The notes under the pieces are model-generated. The model searched no databases and was not told where the DNA came from. It was given only the letters and a program-made list of their open reading frames with translations. Made by a program: the position numbers and the translations under genes. A DNA stretch of 64,000 nt from Hyaloraphidium curvatum SAG 235-1 (taxonomy: Eukaryota; Fungi; Monoblepharomycota), in assembly GCA_025558095.1 (NCBI GenBank), contig JAIVFI010000019.1, positions 434,001 to 498,000 of the forward strand. Direction: 5' to 3'. Numbering within the stretch: position 1 is the first letter of the stretch; each line of letters opens with the position of its first letter. Below, in pieces: positions 47,802-58,652 of the stretch.

Positions 47802-48948
47802 TCACAACCTCGGCTTGCTCGGCGGGGCAACCTCCACCTCCTGCTCCTCGTCGTCGTCGGTCCACCCCGTCCGCGCGTGCTCACGCAGCTCGGCCCGCTG
47901 CTGCAGGCGGAGGCGGCGCCGCTCCTCCCCTCCCTCGTAGCGCTGCCTCCTCTCCTCGTCCCTGAAGGACCTGATCGGGGGCCTGGGCGGCCGTCAGGAC
48001 ATGCCACTTCCCCAACGCAGAAGACACCCACACTTTGATGAGGTTCTGCGAAGAGTCGCGGGCCACAAAGACGGCAAAGCCGTCGTTGGACGGCACCAGG
48101 GTCTGCGTCGTCGAGCCGCCGTCCGATCCCATCTTGAGCACGGCCACCGAGGTGTAGCACTCGATTGAATGCTTCCAGGTCCGCGAAACGAAGCTGCGCA
48201 CATACACCACGTCGCCGATCTTGATGGGGGTCAGGAACGATACCCGATCGATTTCGGCGGCGACGACCGGGAACCGCGCAAAGCGCGCCGCCGCCAAGGA
48301 AGCCGCAGCCAGCATCCACCTCATCAGGATCCCGCCGAACAGAACCGAATTGTTGTTTGCCTGGCCGGGGAAGCAAATCTCAACTAACCAGGCCGCAGCA
48401 TCTGGTTTGGGCCTCCGTTCCGCAGGTGTGCCCCGCGACGTAGGCCCCAGCTGCATCGTCCGGGGGGGGATCTTGGGCTCGGCCAGCCGCTCCTGCCTCC
48501 GTTTCCCCGCGTCGCCCCAGCGCCTCCGCTCAATCTCGGTCTCTGGCACCAGCTCCGGCACCGGGTGCGGCTTTCCGTCCTTGGTCCCGACCATCGTCAG
48601 GTACGCCCGCGACAGGAGACGCCTCGTGCCGCTGGCAAGGTTCTCGTTCTCGATGAGCAGCCCGACCTCCATCGACGTGCCCCAGGAGCGATTGACGACG
48701 CCGCGGATGACCAGGACGTCGCCCAATCGCGCGGGCGAGAGGAAGGCAATCGAGTCCATTGAAGCCGTAACGCAGCTCCCCATCAGGCCCGAGAACCGGT
48801 TGGCGCACGCCGCAGCGCACTTGTCCACCATTTCGAGGAGGAATCCGGCGTCCAAAGTCCCGGTGCTGTCCGCATCCACGGCGCGTATTTCGTGGGAATG
48901 GATTATGAGCGAGGAGGAAGGCGGGCGTTGTTCGCGTGGGCCCGCCAT
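47802..48948 (-). CDS. Double-hotdog acyl-CoA thioesterase (ACOT7/11/12-like)
   Basis: CVTASMDSIAFLSPARLGD...VNRSWGTSMEVG and FPGQANNNSVLFGGILMRWM...IDRVSFLTPIKIGD. Confidence 0.9.
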
Positions 48949-49306
48949 TCCGCGCTTGTGAACGAGCGAAGCGTAGTACAATCAAATAGATACAGATGCT
49001 GCACCGATGCGTCAGTGCGTGCCGAGATTCGGGGCGTGGCGGGCCGGGGTCGGCATGTGTTTGCGTGTTTGGGCCTTTGCGCTTCCTCCCGGATCCAACT
49101 CGGGCCCCGCGCCGAGGAGATCAGGAAGAGCTCGGAAAGCTTGATGCCGCGTCTTTCGCGTTGATTCTGCCCTATTTTCCTGCATCGATCCCCTGTTTGT
49201 GGAGGACTGGAGTGACGGCCTCACGGATTAGACTCCCCCTTCAGTCGACGTTGCCACCGCCCCGAATCGCGCCCGGCGGCCCGGGCTTCACCTCATCTGC
49301 ATCATC

Positions 49307-51747
49307 ATGGACTATATTAAGCGCTCGCGGGGCCTTCCTGCCGACGAGCAGGGTTTCCCGCCCCCGCTGCCGGCGCCGCAGGTCAACACGGCGTCGAACC
49401 ACGACGTCCCGCACAGCCCGCTCAGCGCCAACAGCGGCGGCGTGCTCTCGCGAGGCGCCGATGGCAATCTGCGGCTCCCGGCGGCGGTGCCCGGGCAGCT
49501 CCTGACGCCGATGGCGGCCGCCACGCCCGGCGGCTCCCTCGCGGTCCCCTCGCCGGCGAGTGCGGACCGCATCATGCTCGGCTTTCCCAGCCCCGCCGAG
49601 CTCACGGCGCCGTCTACAACGGCGCCGCTGCACCGCAGGCGGCCCAGCAGGAACATGGCGCAGAATGCGGGGAGCAACACCACCCTTTCCCTGACCACCT
49701 CGACCAGCTTCTCCGGAGGCGGCGGGGGGACCAACGGGACCAGCCCGGGCGGCGGAAGCACCGGCAATGGCCCTAATTCGGCGTCCGATCGGCCGATCGG
49801 AGATCCGAAGAAGACGGACAGCGAGGTGGTGCCCGAATCGGCGCCCCTCCTTTCGGCAGGCCTGACGCAGGCGTTCGGCGGCCCGGGCGTGCACGCGCAC
49901 CATTCCCGGCACAAATCGAGCGACGACGAGTACGTCCCACCTGTTTCCCTGCCGATCATCAGCCAGCAGCGGGTCCAGCGCCGGTCGCGGCCGCACATCT
50001 CGCCGGCCAAACAGAAGGGGTCCGCCTTCCCGGCCCCCAGCCCTTGGCTGACCTGGGCCAACATCGCGCGGTCCGCGCGGCATTTCGTGGTGTTCTACGT
50101 CGTCGTGTCGGTCTGCTTCACCACGTGGAAGCTGCTGGGCGCGTTCCGGCAGGGGGATTCCCGGGAGCAGGCTCTCGGGGACGCCACCGACGCCGACGAC
50201 TTGGAGATGGACAAGACGATCGCGCTCGGGCGCAACGGGGGCGCGCCGTACTTTTCCAACCCCAACCCGGCACCGCCGAGCGAGGTGCGGATGGAGAAGA
50301 GCGTTCCCGGCGGCGGGACCGTGGTGGTGCGCGTGGGGATCAACGACCAGGAGCGGCCGTCGAACCTCGGTGAGTGGTCCCGTCGCACCTTTCTGCCCCA
50401 CCTTTTCTCACGATCAATGTCGCGGCAGGAATCTACTCCAACATGCCCGATCAGTACCTGATCCACAAGCTATTCGCGCACGCGCTGAGGCCTGTCAAGA
50501 TCGAGCCGTTCTTTCTCCGCGCCGCGTCCGCTCCGAAATCGAGGGACATTACCGTGGCCACCATCATGGATCCTTCCAGGATGGACAATTTCCTGCGGCT
50601 CGTGGAGCAGTACCACGGTAAGAGGGACAAAAGCGTTTTCTGTCCATCCTGCTCACCGCGGTCACAGGCCCGATCTCTGTTGCCGTCCACGTGACCGAGA
50701 ACTACAACAACGTCAGCAACATCATCGCCGACCTGGAGCGGGTGTACCGCTCCCACCCCGTGGTCGCGCAGCGGGTCGACATGCACCTGGTCATCGACAA
50801 GTACGACCGGCAGTTCAACCTCTGGCGCAACGTCGCGCGGTTCTATGCCCGCTCCGACTTTATCCTGCAGCTGGACGTGGACTTCGTCATCCCCACCAAC
50901 ATGGCCCGCACCTTTGCCGAGCACCCCGAGTACCTGAACAACATCGACGAGCATCGGACCATATACGTGCTCCCGGCGTTCGAATTTGCGCAGAATTCGG
51001 CGTCGGCTGCCTCTATGGAGAAGGCCGAGGAGTTCCCGCGGACCAAGGAGCGGCTGGCCGAGGCGTGGCACGACAACCGCATCAAGCAGTTCCACGACTT
51101 CTTCCCCGTGGGGCACAAGAGCACCGACTACCCCAGGTGGTTCGGATCGGACGAGCCGTACGCGATCCAGGACTACAGCTTCAAGTACGAGCCCTACGTG
51201 GTCATGAAGAAGGACGAGACGCCGTGGTGCGACGAGCGGTTCGTCGGTGGGTTCTTCGGCTGCCTCTCACGGTGCGCTCGGATCTAATCGCCTTGCCATT
51301 TTCACAGGATACGGCGCAAATGCAAGTCTCTCGTGATCGTTCTCTTTCCCGACGAGCTTCTAACCCTTCGTTCCCCTTCAGAAAGCGGCCTGCTTCTTCG
51401 AGCTCTTCCTGGCGGGCTACCGCTTCCTAGTCCTCCCTAGGGACTTTGTCATCCATCAACGCCACGCCTACCCCGAAGAAGACCGCAGGATCGAGCGCAA
51501 CTACAACCGCGAACTGTACCGGCGTTTCCGCGAGGAGGCGTGCGTCAAGTACAACCTGATGTGGGCCGAGCACGGTACGCGGACGGACCAGGAGGGCATC
51601 CGCGCATCCGCCACGCGGGGAGAGGAGCGGATCGTCGAGGACTACCTGGGCTGCAACGGGCTGATCGGCGCCGCCCCGCCGCCGCCGGGCTATGTTCCGA
51701 TCGAGCAGTGCGACGTGAAGGACACGTGGATCAAAAAGCAATCGTAG
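49307..51747 (+). CDS. Glycosyltransferase family 49 (LARGE/B4GAT1-like), type II membrane protein
   Basis: TM FVVFYVVVSVCF, DITVAT, GPISVAVH, FNLWRNVAR, LDVDF (DxD), YEPYVV...PWCDERFVGYGANKAAC. Confidence 0.9.
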
Positions 51748-51907
51748 TTGGTGTCTTTGCCTGTCTGTTTGTTGCTCAGAAAAAGAATCCATGAATGAGA
51801 ACCGATCGTGTCTAGAAATAGGGAGACGCCTCGCCTCCACGTGCCTTCACGCGCCTCCACGCGTCCGGGAGACAACCACACTAAAGGCTTACGAAACGCG
51901 CGCTACT

Positions 51908-53355
51908 ATGGCGGCGCGTCCGAAATCTTCTGCGCTGGTCATCGGTGCCGGGCTGGGCGGACTTGCAACGGCGATTGCCCTCCGACGCGTCGGGTGGACC
52001 GTGACGGTGCTCGAGTCTGCGAGGGAGATTGGAGAGGTTGGCGCGGGAATCCAGATCCCGCCCAACAGCTCCCGCATCCTCGCTTCATGGGGCTTGCTGG
52101 ACAAGCTGGACGCGGTCGCCTGCCGGCCCCAGGCCACTCGGGGCTGGAGATACGCCGATGGAGCGCCCCTCCAGCTTTCCCCGGTTGACACGGAGCCGAA
52201 TTATGGCGCCCCCTACTTTCACATCCACCGCGGTGACTTCCACAAGGTGCTTCTCAATGAAGCTACCGCGGCTACTCTGTCGGCGCCTGCAAATGATGCC
52301 GGCCCGCCCGTGAAGCTCGTGACCGGGGCCTCCGTCCGATCAGTGGACTGTGCCGCGCCGTCAGCGACTACGGCAGACGGCAGGACTTTCAAGGCCGATC
52401 TGATCGTCGGCGCCGATGGAATCAAGAGCGTCGTAAAGCCCTTTGTGACTGGCAACCCTGATGCCGCTAAGCCCAGCGGAGATCAAGCCTACCGCTTCCT
52501 TGTGAAGATGGAGAAAGTCGAGGCGGACCCGGAGCTCCGATTCGCTTCTGAGCACGGCACAAATATCTGGATGGGACCTTTCGCCCACATCGTGCACTAT
52601 CCGATCTCGAGCTACCGATACGTGAACTTTGTCCTGGTCTGCCCAGACGACAACACGTCGGAGGAGAGCTGGAACGCCCCCGGTACTCTGCAGGAGCTGC
52701 TCCAAATCTACCAGGATTGGGAGTAAGTGGTGGTCTCTGGGTAACCTGCGGCACGAGAAGCTAAAAGGATTCCTCGCAGCGGCCGGCTCAAGAAACTCTT
52801 TGCTTTGGGCGGTGAGTCGGCAGCTGGGGCACGGTCCCCGCATCGCTGACTCCGCGCTTGCCTCTATCAGAAAGGATCCATCGCTGGCAGCTCTGTCAGA
52901 GACCTCCCTTAAAGACCTGGGTCCGCGGTCGCACATGCCTCCTTGGTGATGCTTGCCATGCGATGGTGCCGTACGCTGCGCAGGGCGCGGCAATGGCGGT
53001 GGAAGACGCCGCCGCCCTGGCCGAAGCCGTGGCGGCCCTGCCGCTGGAGACTGCGCTGCAGGTGTACCAGGCCGTCCGGATCCCGCGCACCGAGACCATC
53101 TCGTCGTCGGCCAATGGGAATCGCACGATGTTCCACATGGAGGACGGACCATCTCAGAGGCAGCGGGACGAGTCGCTCAGGAAGTCGCATGGTCAGGTCT
53201 CCCCGTGAGTAATCGGTTCTGCGGCCCGGCAGCGCATGCATCGATGCTGATCTAGACCGAATGCAATTGCCAGGGCCTTCCATGCCGCGTGGAGCTACGA
53301 CGCCGTCCAGGAGATTCGGAAGGCTATCGGAGCTGAACAGAAGACTCGGCTGTAG
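51908..53355 (+). CDS. FAD-dependent monooxygenase (salicylate hydroxylase-like)
   Basis: VIGAGLGGL, EVGAGIQIPPN, IHRGD, DLIVGADGIKS, LLGDACHAMVPYAAQGAAMAVEDA. Confidence 0.95.
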
Positions 53356-53612
53356 GGCAGCATTGCCCGGCATATAGTTCTTTGTGTTGCGCACCATGCT
53401 CTAAGAGTAAAGCATGCAGCGAGCGTGAGCTTTGAGGTTGAAGTTCGATCGCGTTGTGTACATCCAAGCGGCGATCGCTTCCGACGGCGGCTCGGAACCT
53501 CGCCGGGGGCCCTTGCGCCGGCTGCGACTTCAACGACTCTCATCTGCGGCCGTCGAAATTTCTAGGTTTCCACGGTCAAGATCCTGCACTTGCTTTCTTG
53601 AGGGGTTCACCC

Positions 53613-54000
53613 ATGGCGTCCGGGGACCGCTCGATCCCGCCGGAGGTCGTGGCCAGGATCACGAAGCACATGAACGAGGACCACGGCGATTCAGTGCTCG
53701 CTTATGCGCAGTGGTACGGCAAGCGTATCGACGCCAAGTGGGCGTCCATCGTCGACATGGATCTCGACGCCATGAAGCTGGGCATCTCTTCCGAGCCATC
53801 CGGTCCCGCGACCGAGGAGATTACCGTGCCATACATCCGCCCACTGGTTCGTCTCGCCTCGTATCCGCGCCCAATCTACTCGCTCATCGTTCCCTGACGT
53901 GTTACAGGAAACAGCGAAGGACGCTCGCAAACTGATGATCGACATGGCCAACGAATCCGCCAAGGCCCTCGGAGTTGAAATCAAAAGGGATAACCACTGA
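53613..54000 (+). CDS. Stand-alone DUF2470-domain protein
   Basis: RITKHMNEDHGDSVLAYAQWYG...DMDLDAM...VPY|ETAKDARKLMIDMA, with one intron (~53847-53907). Confidence 0.85.
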
Positions 54001-54024
54001 TCCACCGTCGCGCTATCGTGATCC

Positions 54025-54480
54025 ATGGAGGACGCCGCGGCCTCGGCGGGCCCGGCCAAACCCGACCCCGATCCTCCATATCATCCTCTCCTCCCCACCT
54101 CGCACTTCCAACGCACTGCTGGTTTCCGGCACGCGTCATCCCTCCTTGACCTCCGCCTCCCGGAGACCTCCTCCCGCCTGCGAATCCTCCTCATCGTCAT
54201 ACCTTCCCCCTCGGGCCTATCGGCATTCGCGATCGAGCCTCTGTGCCCACACGCAAAGCATCCGCTCCAGCAAGCGGACATTGAAGACCTCGGCGGCCGA
54301 CCGGCGGCTGTGTGCGCACTGCACCACTTCGATTTCGACCTCGCCACCGGCGAAAGCCAACGCAGCGAGTGCTTGGCCAGGACTTGGAGGGTCAGGGTCA
54401 GGGAAGGTTGGATCGAAGTTGACGTAAGCGCGCCCCAGGTGGAGCTGGCGCGCGCTGGACGGCCGATCTTCAGGGACTAG
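54025..54480 (+). CDS. Rieske [2Fe-2S] ferredoxin-like protein
   Basis: AIEPLCPHAKHPL...AVCALHHFDFDLATG (CxH...CxxH). Intronless. Confidence 0.88.
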   Translation: MEDAAASAGPAKPDPDPPYHPLLPTSHFQRTAGFRHASSLLDLRLPETSSRLRILLIVIPSPSGLSAFAIEPLCPHAKHPLQQADIEDLGGRPAAVCALHHFDFDLATGESQRSECLARTWRVRVREGWIEVDVSAPQVELARAGRPIFRD

Positions 54481-54514
54481 CCTCCTCTCGTATAGCGCGG
54501 CCACAATCGAGCTG

Positions 54515-56140
54515 CTATCCATGCCTCGCTCGCTTGCTGGAATCCCATCCACCACGTCCCCTTCCCCGCCCCCTGCTGTCGTACGCGTAAGAAGGCGCAG
54601 GCGGAGGCCTGTCGTATTGGCTGGGTGGTGAACGCTCCCGGCTCGGCGGCGGTGACCGTTCGCGGTCCCGAGGATACGACGGCGGGCCGCGATCGTAGTA
54701 ACCGCGGTCGCGATCCCGATCGTACTGCTGCGTCGCGCCGTACTGTCCCCCCGCCGGCGGCCCACGATCATACGGGGGTTGCGACGATCGCTCGTACGGA
54801 GCGGGACCGCGGCCGTATCCTCCCGGTCTGGGATTCGGCTGCGAGTCCGGCGGACCTCTGGAAGGCACGCTGGGGGGAGACCTCCTCCCGCTCTGCTGCT
54901 GGGCGACGGCAAAGGAACTGTTCCCGCCAACGGCCAGCTGCCTAGGTTCCCCGGGCTGGACCTCCATCGATTCGGGCCTGCTGGCACCGAGACTGGTGGT
55001 CTTCCTGCGCTCCTCGTAAAGGCCCCGCACGAAACGCAGCAGGTCCTCCCCGCTCATGTCCGGTTTCCGCTTCGCCTCTTCCTGCACGATGTCCAGCACG
55101 GCCTGCCGCGACGGGTAGAACGGCGCGAGCAATGAAACGTAGCGTCCGATCTCCTGCGCTGCAGCCTGCGGAGTCCTTGCGTCAGAGGCTCCGGAAGCCG
55201 CCGAAGCCGGCGCTGGCTGCGCGACCGGCGGAGCCTGCGGCACGACAGCGGGCGCGAGGCGCGGGTCGCGCGGCTGCGTCGAAGGCGCGGCCTGAATCGG
55301 CTGCACGGGTGTGGGGGGATTTGCGGGGGGAACGGAAGCTGCAGCCGCCGCGGCGTTCCGACGGCGGGGATCCGTAGGTCGCGGCGGCAGAGGCGCTGCC
55401 GGGGGGGCTGGCGCCGGCGCGGGGGCCTGCACGGGCTTTGCCGGAGCGGCAACGGTCGAAGGATCCGGTCGGAGGTCTCCGGGTCTCAACTTGTGTCCCA
55501 GAGCCTGCCTGTTTTTCCGAGGGAACCAATGGAGGGCAATCTCGGTTTCCGGAGGGGGGACCGATCGCTGATTCGCAGCAGACGCGTAAGAACAAGCGAA
55601 GCCCAAGCAGAGTCCGCTCACCAGAGCCTGCGGGTCTGCGGGGTCCGTCACCCAAGTGAAATGGCTCCAGTTGGGCGCGACGCGGAACTCGAGCGTGTCC
55701 TCGCCGATTCTCCGGATGGGCGCCTTCGGACCAGCGTAGAGCTGGAGCGACTCCGTCTCCTCGTAGATCTTGGCGTACGCCCCGGAAATCCAGATGATGT
55801 CGCCCGAATTCAGATACTCCCCGTCGTGCTGGAACACGTTGAGGACGATGGAGCCGGAGCGGTCCGCGACGTGGAACACGTAGAGAATGACCTCGTCCGC
55901 GCCCTGCGTGCCATCGGGGCCAGGCGGAGGAGCTCGATAACCCGGCTGGCCCGGCCTCCGCTGGCGGCGCAGGTAGGGCCGTCGGTCATGGCAGTCCAGA
56001 ACGATGACCTCAACGTCAAAGTTGGTGCGCCCGGGCCGCAGCTGGTCGATGGTGACCAGGTTCGCCGGCCGCGAGGGCGCCGGTGCCGCATCGTTGGAAC
56101 GCGGTAGGAGAAATGTGGCAGACGGGGTCGGAAGAGCCAT
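54515..56140 (-). CDS. SOSS complex subunit B (hSSB1/NABP-like OB-fold ssDNA-binding protein) with long disordered tail
   Basis: IDQLRPG.TNFDVEVIVLD...VADRSGSIVLNV...SGDIIWI...LYAG...IRRIGEDTLEF...PNWS. Confidence 0.85.
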   Translation of the reverse strand: MALPTPSATFLLPRSNDAAPAPSRPANLVTIDQLRPGRTNFDVEVIVLDCHDRRPYLRRQRRPGQPGYRAPPPGPDGTQGADEVILYVFHVADRSGSIVLNVFQHDGEYLNSGDIIWISGAYAKIYEETESLQLYAGPKAPIRRIGEDTLEFRVAPNWSHFTWVTDPADPQALVSGLCLGFACSYASAANQRSVPPPETEIALHWFPRKNRQALGHKLRPGDLRPDPSTVAAPAKPVQAPAPAPAPPAAPLPPRPTDPRRRNAAAAAASVPPANPPTPVQPIQAAPSTQPRDPRLAPAVVPQAPPVAQPAPASAASGASDARTPQAAAQEIGRYVSLLAPFYPSRQAVLDIVQEEAKRKPDMSGEDLLRFVRGLYEERRKTTSLGASRPESMEVQPGEPRQLAVGGNSSFAVAQQQSGRRSPPSVPSRGPPDSQPNPRPGGYGRGPAPYERSSQPPYDRGPPAGGQYGATQQYDRDRDRGYYDRGPPSYPRDRERSPPPSRERSPPSQYDRPPPAPSYAYDSRGRGRGRGGWDSSKRARHG

Positions 56141-56282
56141 TCATTGCCGTCTCCTTCACGAGGCCGAACGTGGGGGGAGCACTCAACTCCGAACTCTCCG
56201 AATCTCGCGACCATCAGCAGCGTCCAATCTGTATATTACAACGATTCCTGATACGGTAGTGAGGTGGTACGAGTCCAGGTAA

Positions 56283-58491
56283 TCACGCATCCGTCTCCAT
56301 CGGCTTGGCCTCCGTCACCTTGGCTTCCTCGACCGCCGCGGGCTTCTCCTCAGCCGGTGCGGCGGCCTCCTTGCCCTTCTTCGACGAAGTGCCCATCTTA
56401 GAAAAGATGTTCTGGTAAAGTTGTTTCTCCTTCTGGACCTCCCGGCGGTGCAGCTCCGTCGCCTGGCGGAGCAGGGCGTTGAGCTCGGCCGCAAACTTCT
56501 TGTCGACGTCGAGCTCCACAGCCTTCTTGAGATCCTTGATCGCCAGGTCGTACTCTTTGCGGTGGTGGAAGAGGCCCTGTGCGTGGCGGTACAGAGCCTT
56601 GATGGACTTCGCATCGATCTCGAGCGCCTGAGTATGTCGTTAGATTGCAAAAGCCGGATGCCGCTCTCTGCAGCTTTCCCCACCTTTTGTCCGTTCTCCA
56701 AGACGGCAACCCAGTCCGACTTTTTTGCAGCGATGTTGCTGAGGTTCAGGTGGCACGGCAGCTTCAGCTTGCTGACCTCCTTCTTCTGCGCGTCCGAGAG
56801 GTCCTTTTCGTAGGTAAAGAACCTCAACGCAGCGTCGAACTTCTTGAACGCCTGCCGAGAGCAGCCGTCTTTGAGAAGGACGCTTCCTTCGTCCTTGAGC
56901 CTGGTCGCATCGGCGATCTTCTCCTCGAAATTCATGTCCCACGACTCCTTCGTCTTCTCGAACTCGTCCAAAGTCACGTCGAACTCGAGCTGCGTGTCCG
57001 ATTCCGGGATCCCGCGCTCGGCGTTGCGCGCGACACTGCCGTAGCCATAGTCCGCCGGGGCGGTGACCAAAGCGTGCTCCTTCTTCTTCATGTTTTCGAT
57101 CGCAATCTCGAGAGCTTCAGGGATGGAAGCGTCGCCCAAGACGAGCGAGTGGGGCTCGTCGGCCGTGCCCAGGGAAAGGAACTGCGTGCCGGAAGGCAGC
57201 GAGCGTCCCGTGGCAACAATCTTGATCGGGTACCCGTCCTTGGGCTTTGCCCAGTCGCTGTTAGTCCCAGTGGTCAGGAACGAGACGCCCAGTCCGAAAC
57301 ACGCGGCAACACACCTGCCCTCGTCGAGAATCTTCTTGCCGATCAAACCCTTCTCGTGCGTGTCGTACTCGTGCCACTTCACCATCTCGATCTCGTAGAC
57401 GACATCGTCCTCGATCTTCTCCGGCAGCCCCTTGAAGGTCTTGCCTTCCAGAGCCTCCTTGGCGATCGTCACCTCGGCGACCTCTGTCTTTTTGAGCTTC
57501 TTGGCCGCGAGCTGGAAGAACGGAGGGAGGTTCGGATCGTTGCCGTCGAGCTCTTTCGGAAGCGCAAAGAGGAACGACTCGTTGGAATCAAAAGGCTCGG
57601 TTGAGCCCGCAAAACGACCGGTGTACTTGACTGCAGGGACACTGGTCAGACATGGAAGCCAAGGCGCAACTGGCTGCTCACCAATGACATCCCAGCCTTC
57701 CCTGGGCGTCGCCCAGTGATCCTTGTTCTCCCTGGTCTTCTTGAGCAGCACCTTGCCGTCGTTGTCCAGGGCGTTGACATTCTTCCAACCGATCAGCTTG
57801 ACGGTGAACTCTAAAACGGCGTTCGGTCCGATCTTGTCGCCGGCTCCCGATGCTCCTGCGGGGAGCGTCAGTTGGCAGCCACGAAATTGAGCTGGTCTCA
57901 ACAGACCGTATCCGTACTCGGGCTGAATGGTGAGAACGGCCTCTTCGCCTTTCTTCATCCCCTTGACAGCCACGTCCCAGCCCTTGATCACGCGGCCCTC
58001 GCCGAGCGGGAAGGTGAAGGGGTTCGATTCGTCGGTGTTCCGATCAAACTCCTCCCCGCCGGGAATCCGGCCGATGTACGTCATCTGAACCTCGTCACCC
58101 TTGCCAGGACGCTCCCAGCCCCTGATAAAGAAAGGAGTGTCAACCAGGGATCCCGCCCTCCTGGAATCGACACTCACGTTCCCTTGACGAGAATCTTCTT
58201 CATGACACCGCCGTCGCCGCTCACGTCGATGTCCTTGCCGACTTCATCCTCGGCCGGGGGAACGTAGGTCTCCTCGGCGTCCATGTCGTCCATGGACATT
58301 CCACCCATGTCGAGACCGCCGGGGAGCCCGCCGGGGAGCCCTCCAGGCAATCCGGCAGGCACGGCTGGGTTCTCGGCGGCATCCTCGAGCTCGGCCTCCC
58401 TCACGATCTTGTCGACGTCGACCTTGCTGAAGGTTGTCAACTTGGCCTTGGTCTGCTCTTGCGGCTGGGCTTGGTCGAGCTCGACGGCCAT
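56283..58491 (-). CDS. Multi-domain FKBP-type PPIase (3 FKBP + TPR; ROF1/FKBP62-like)
   Basis: GDGGVMKKIL, FTFPLGEGRVIKGWD, PEYGYG, a second and third FKBP repeat, and ESWDMNFEEKI...LKDEG followed by TPRs. Confidence 0.92.
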
Positions 58492-58652
58492 TTCGTGACG
58501 CTAAACACGCTCCGACGCGCGGTTCTTGAAGGAAAAGGACGAGTAGAGTACAATTGGAGGGCGGGACGGGTGCGATGCGCTCCCGGCGTGGCCACGGAAA
58601 CTCGCGGAAGTTTCGGTCGGGTGGTGTCTCAAAAGTCGGGCCGACGACGGCG

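Noticed and set aside
53998-54024. Selenocysteine or stop read-through fusing DUF2470 to Rieske
   Set aside because: It would need two in-frame TGAs to be decoded, and no SECIS-like element was recognised; kept only as a bicistronic candidate.
51908-54480. Secondary-metabolite gene cluster
   Set aside because: No PKS, NRPS or terpene backbone gene, transporter or cluster-specific regulator nearby.
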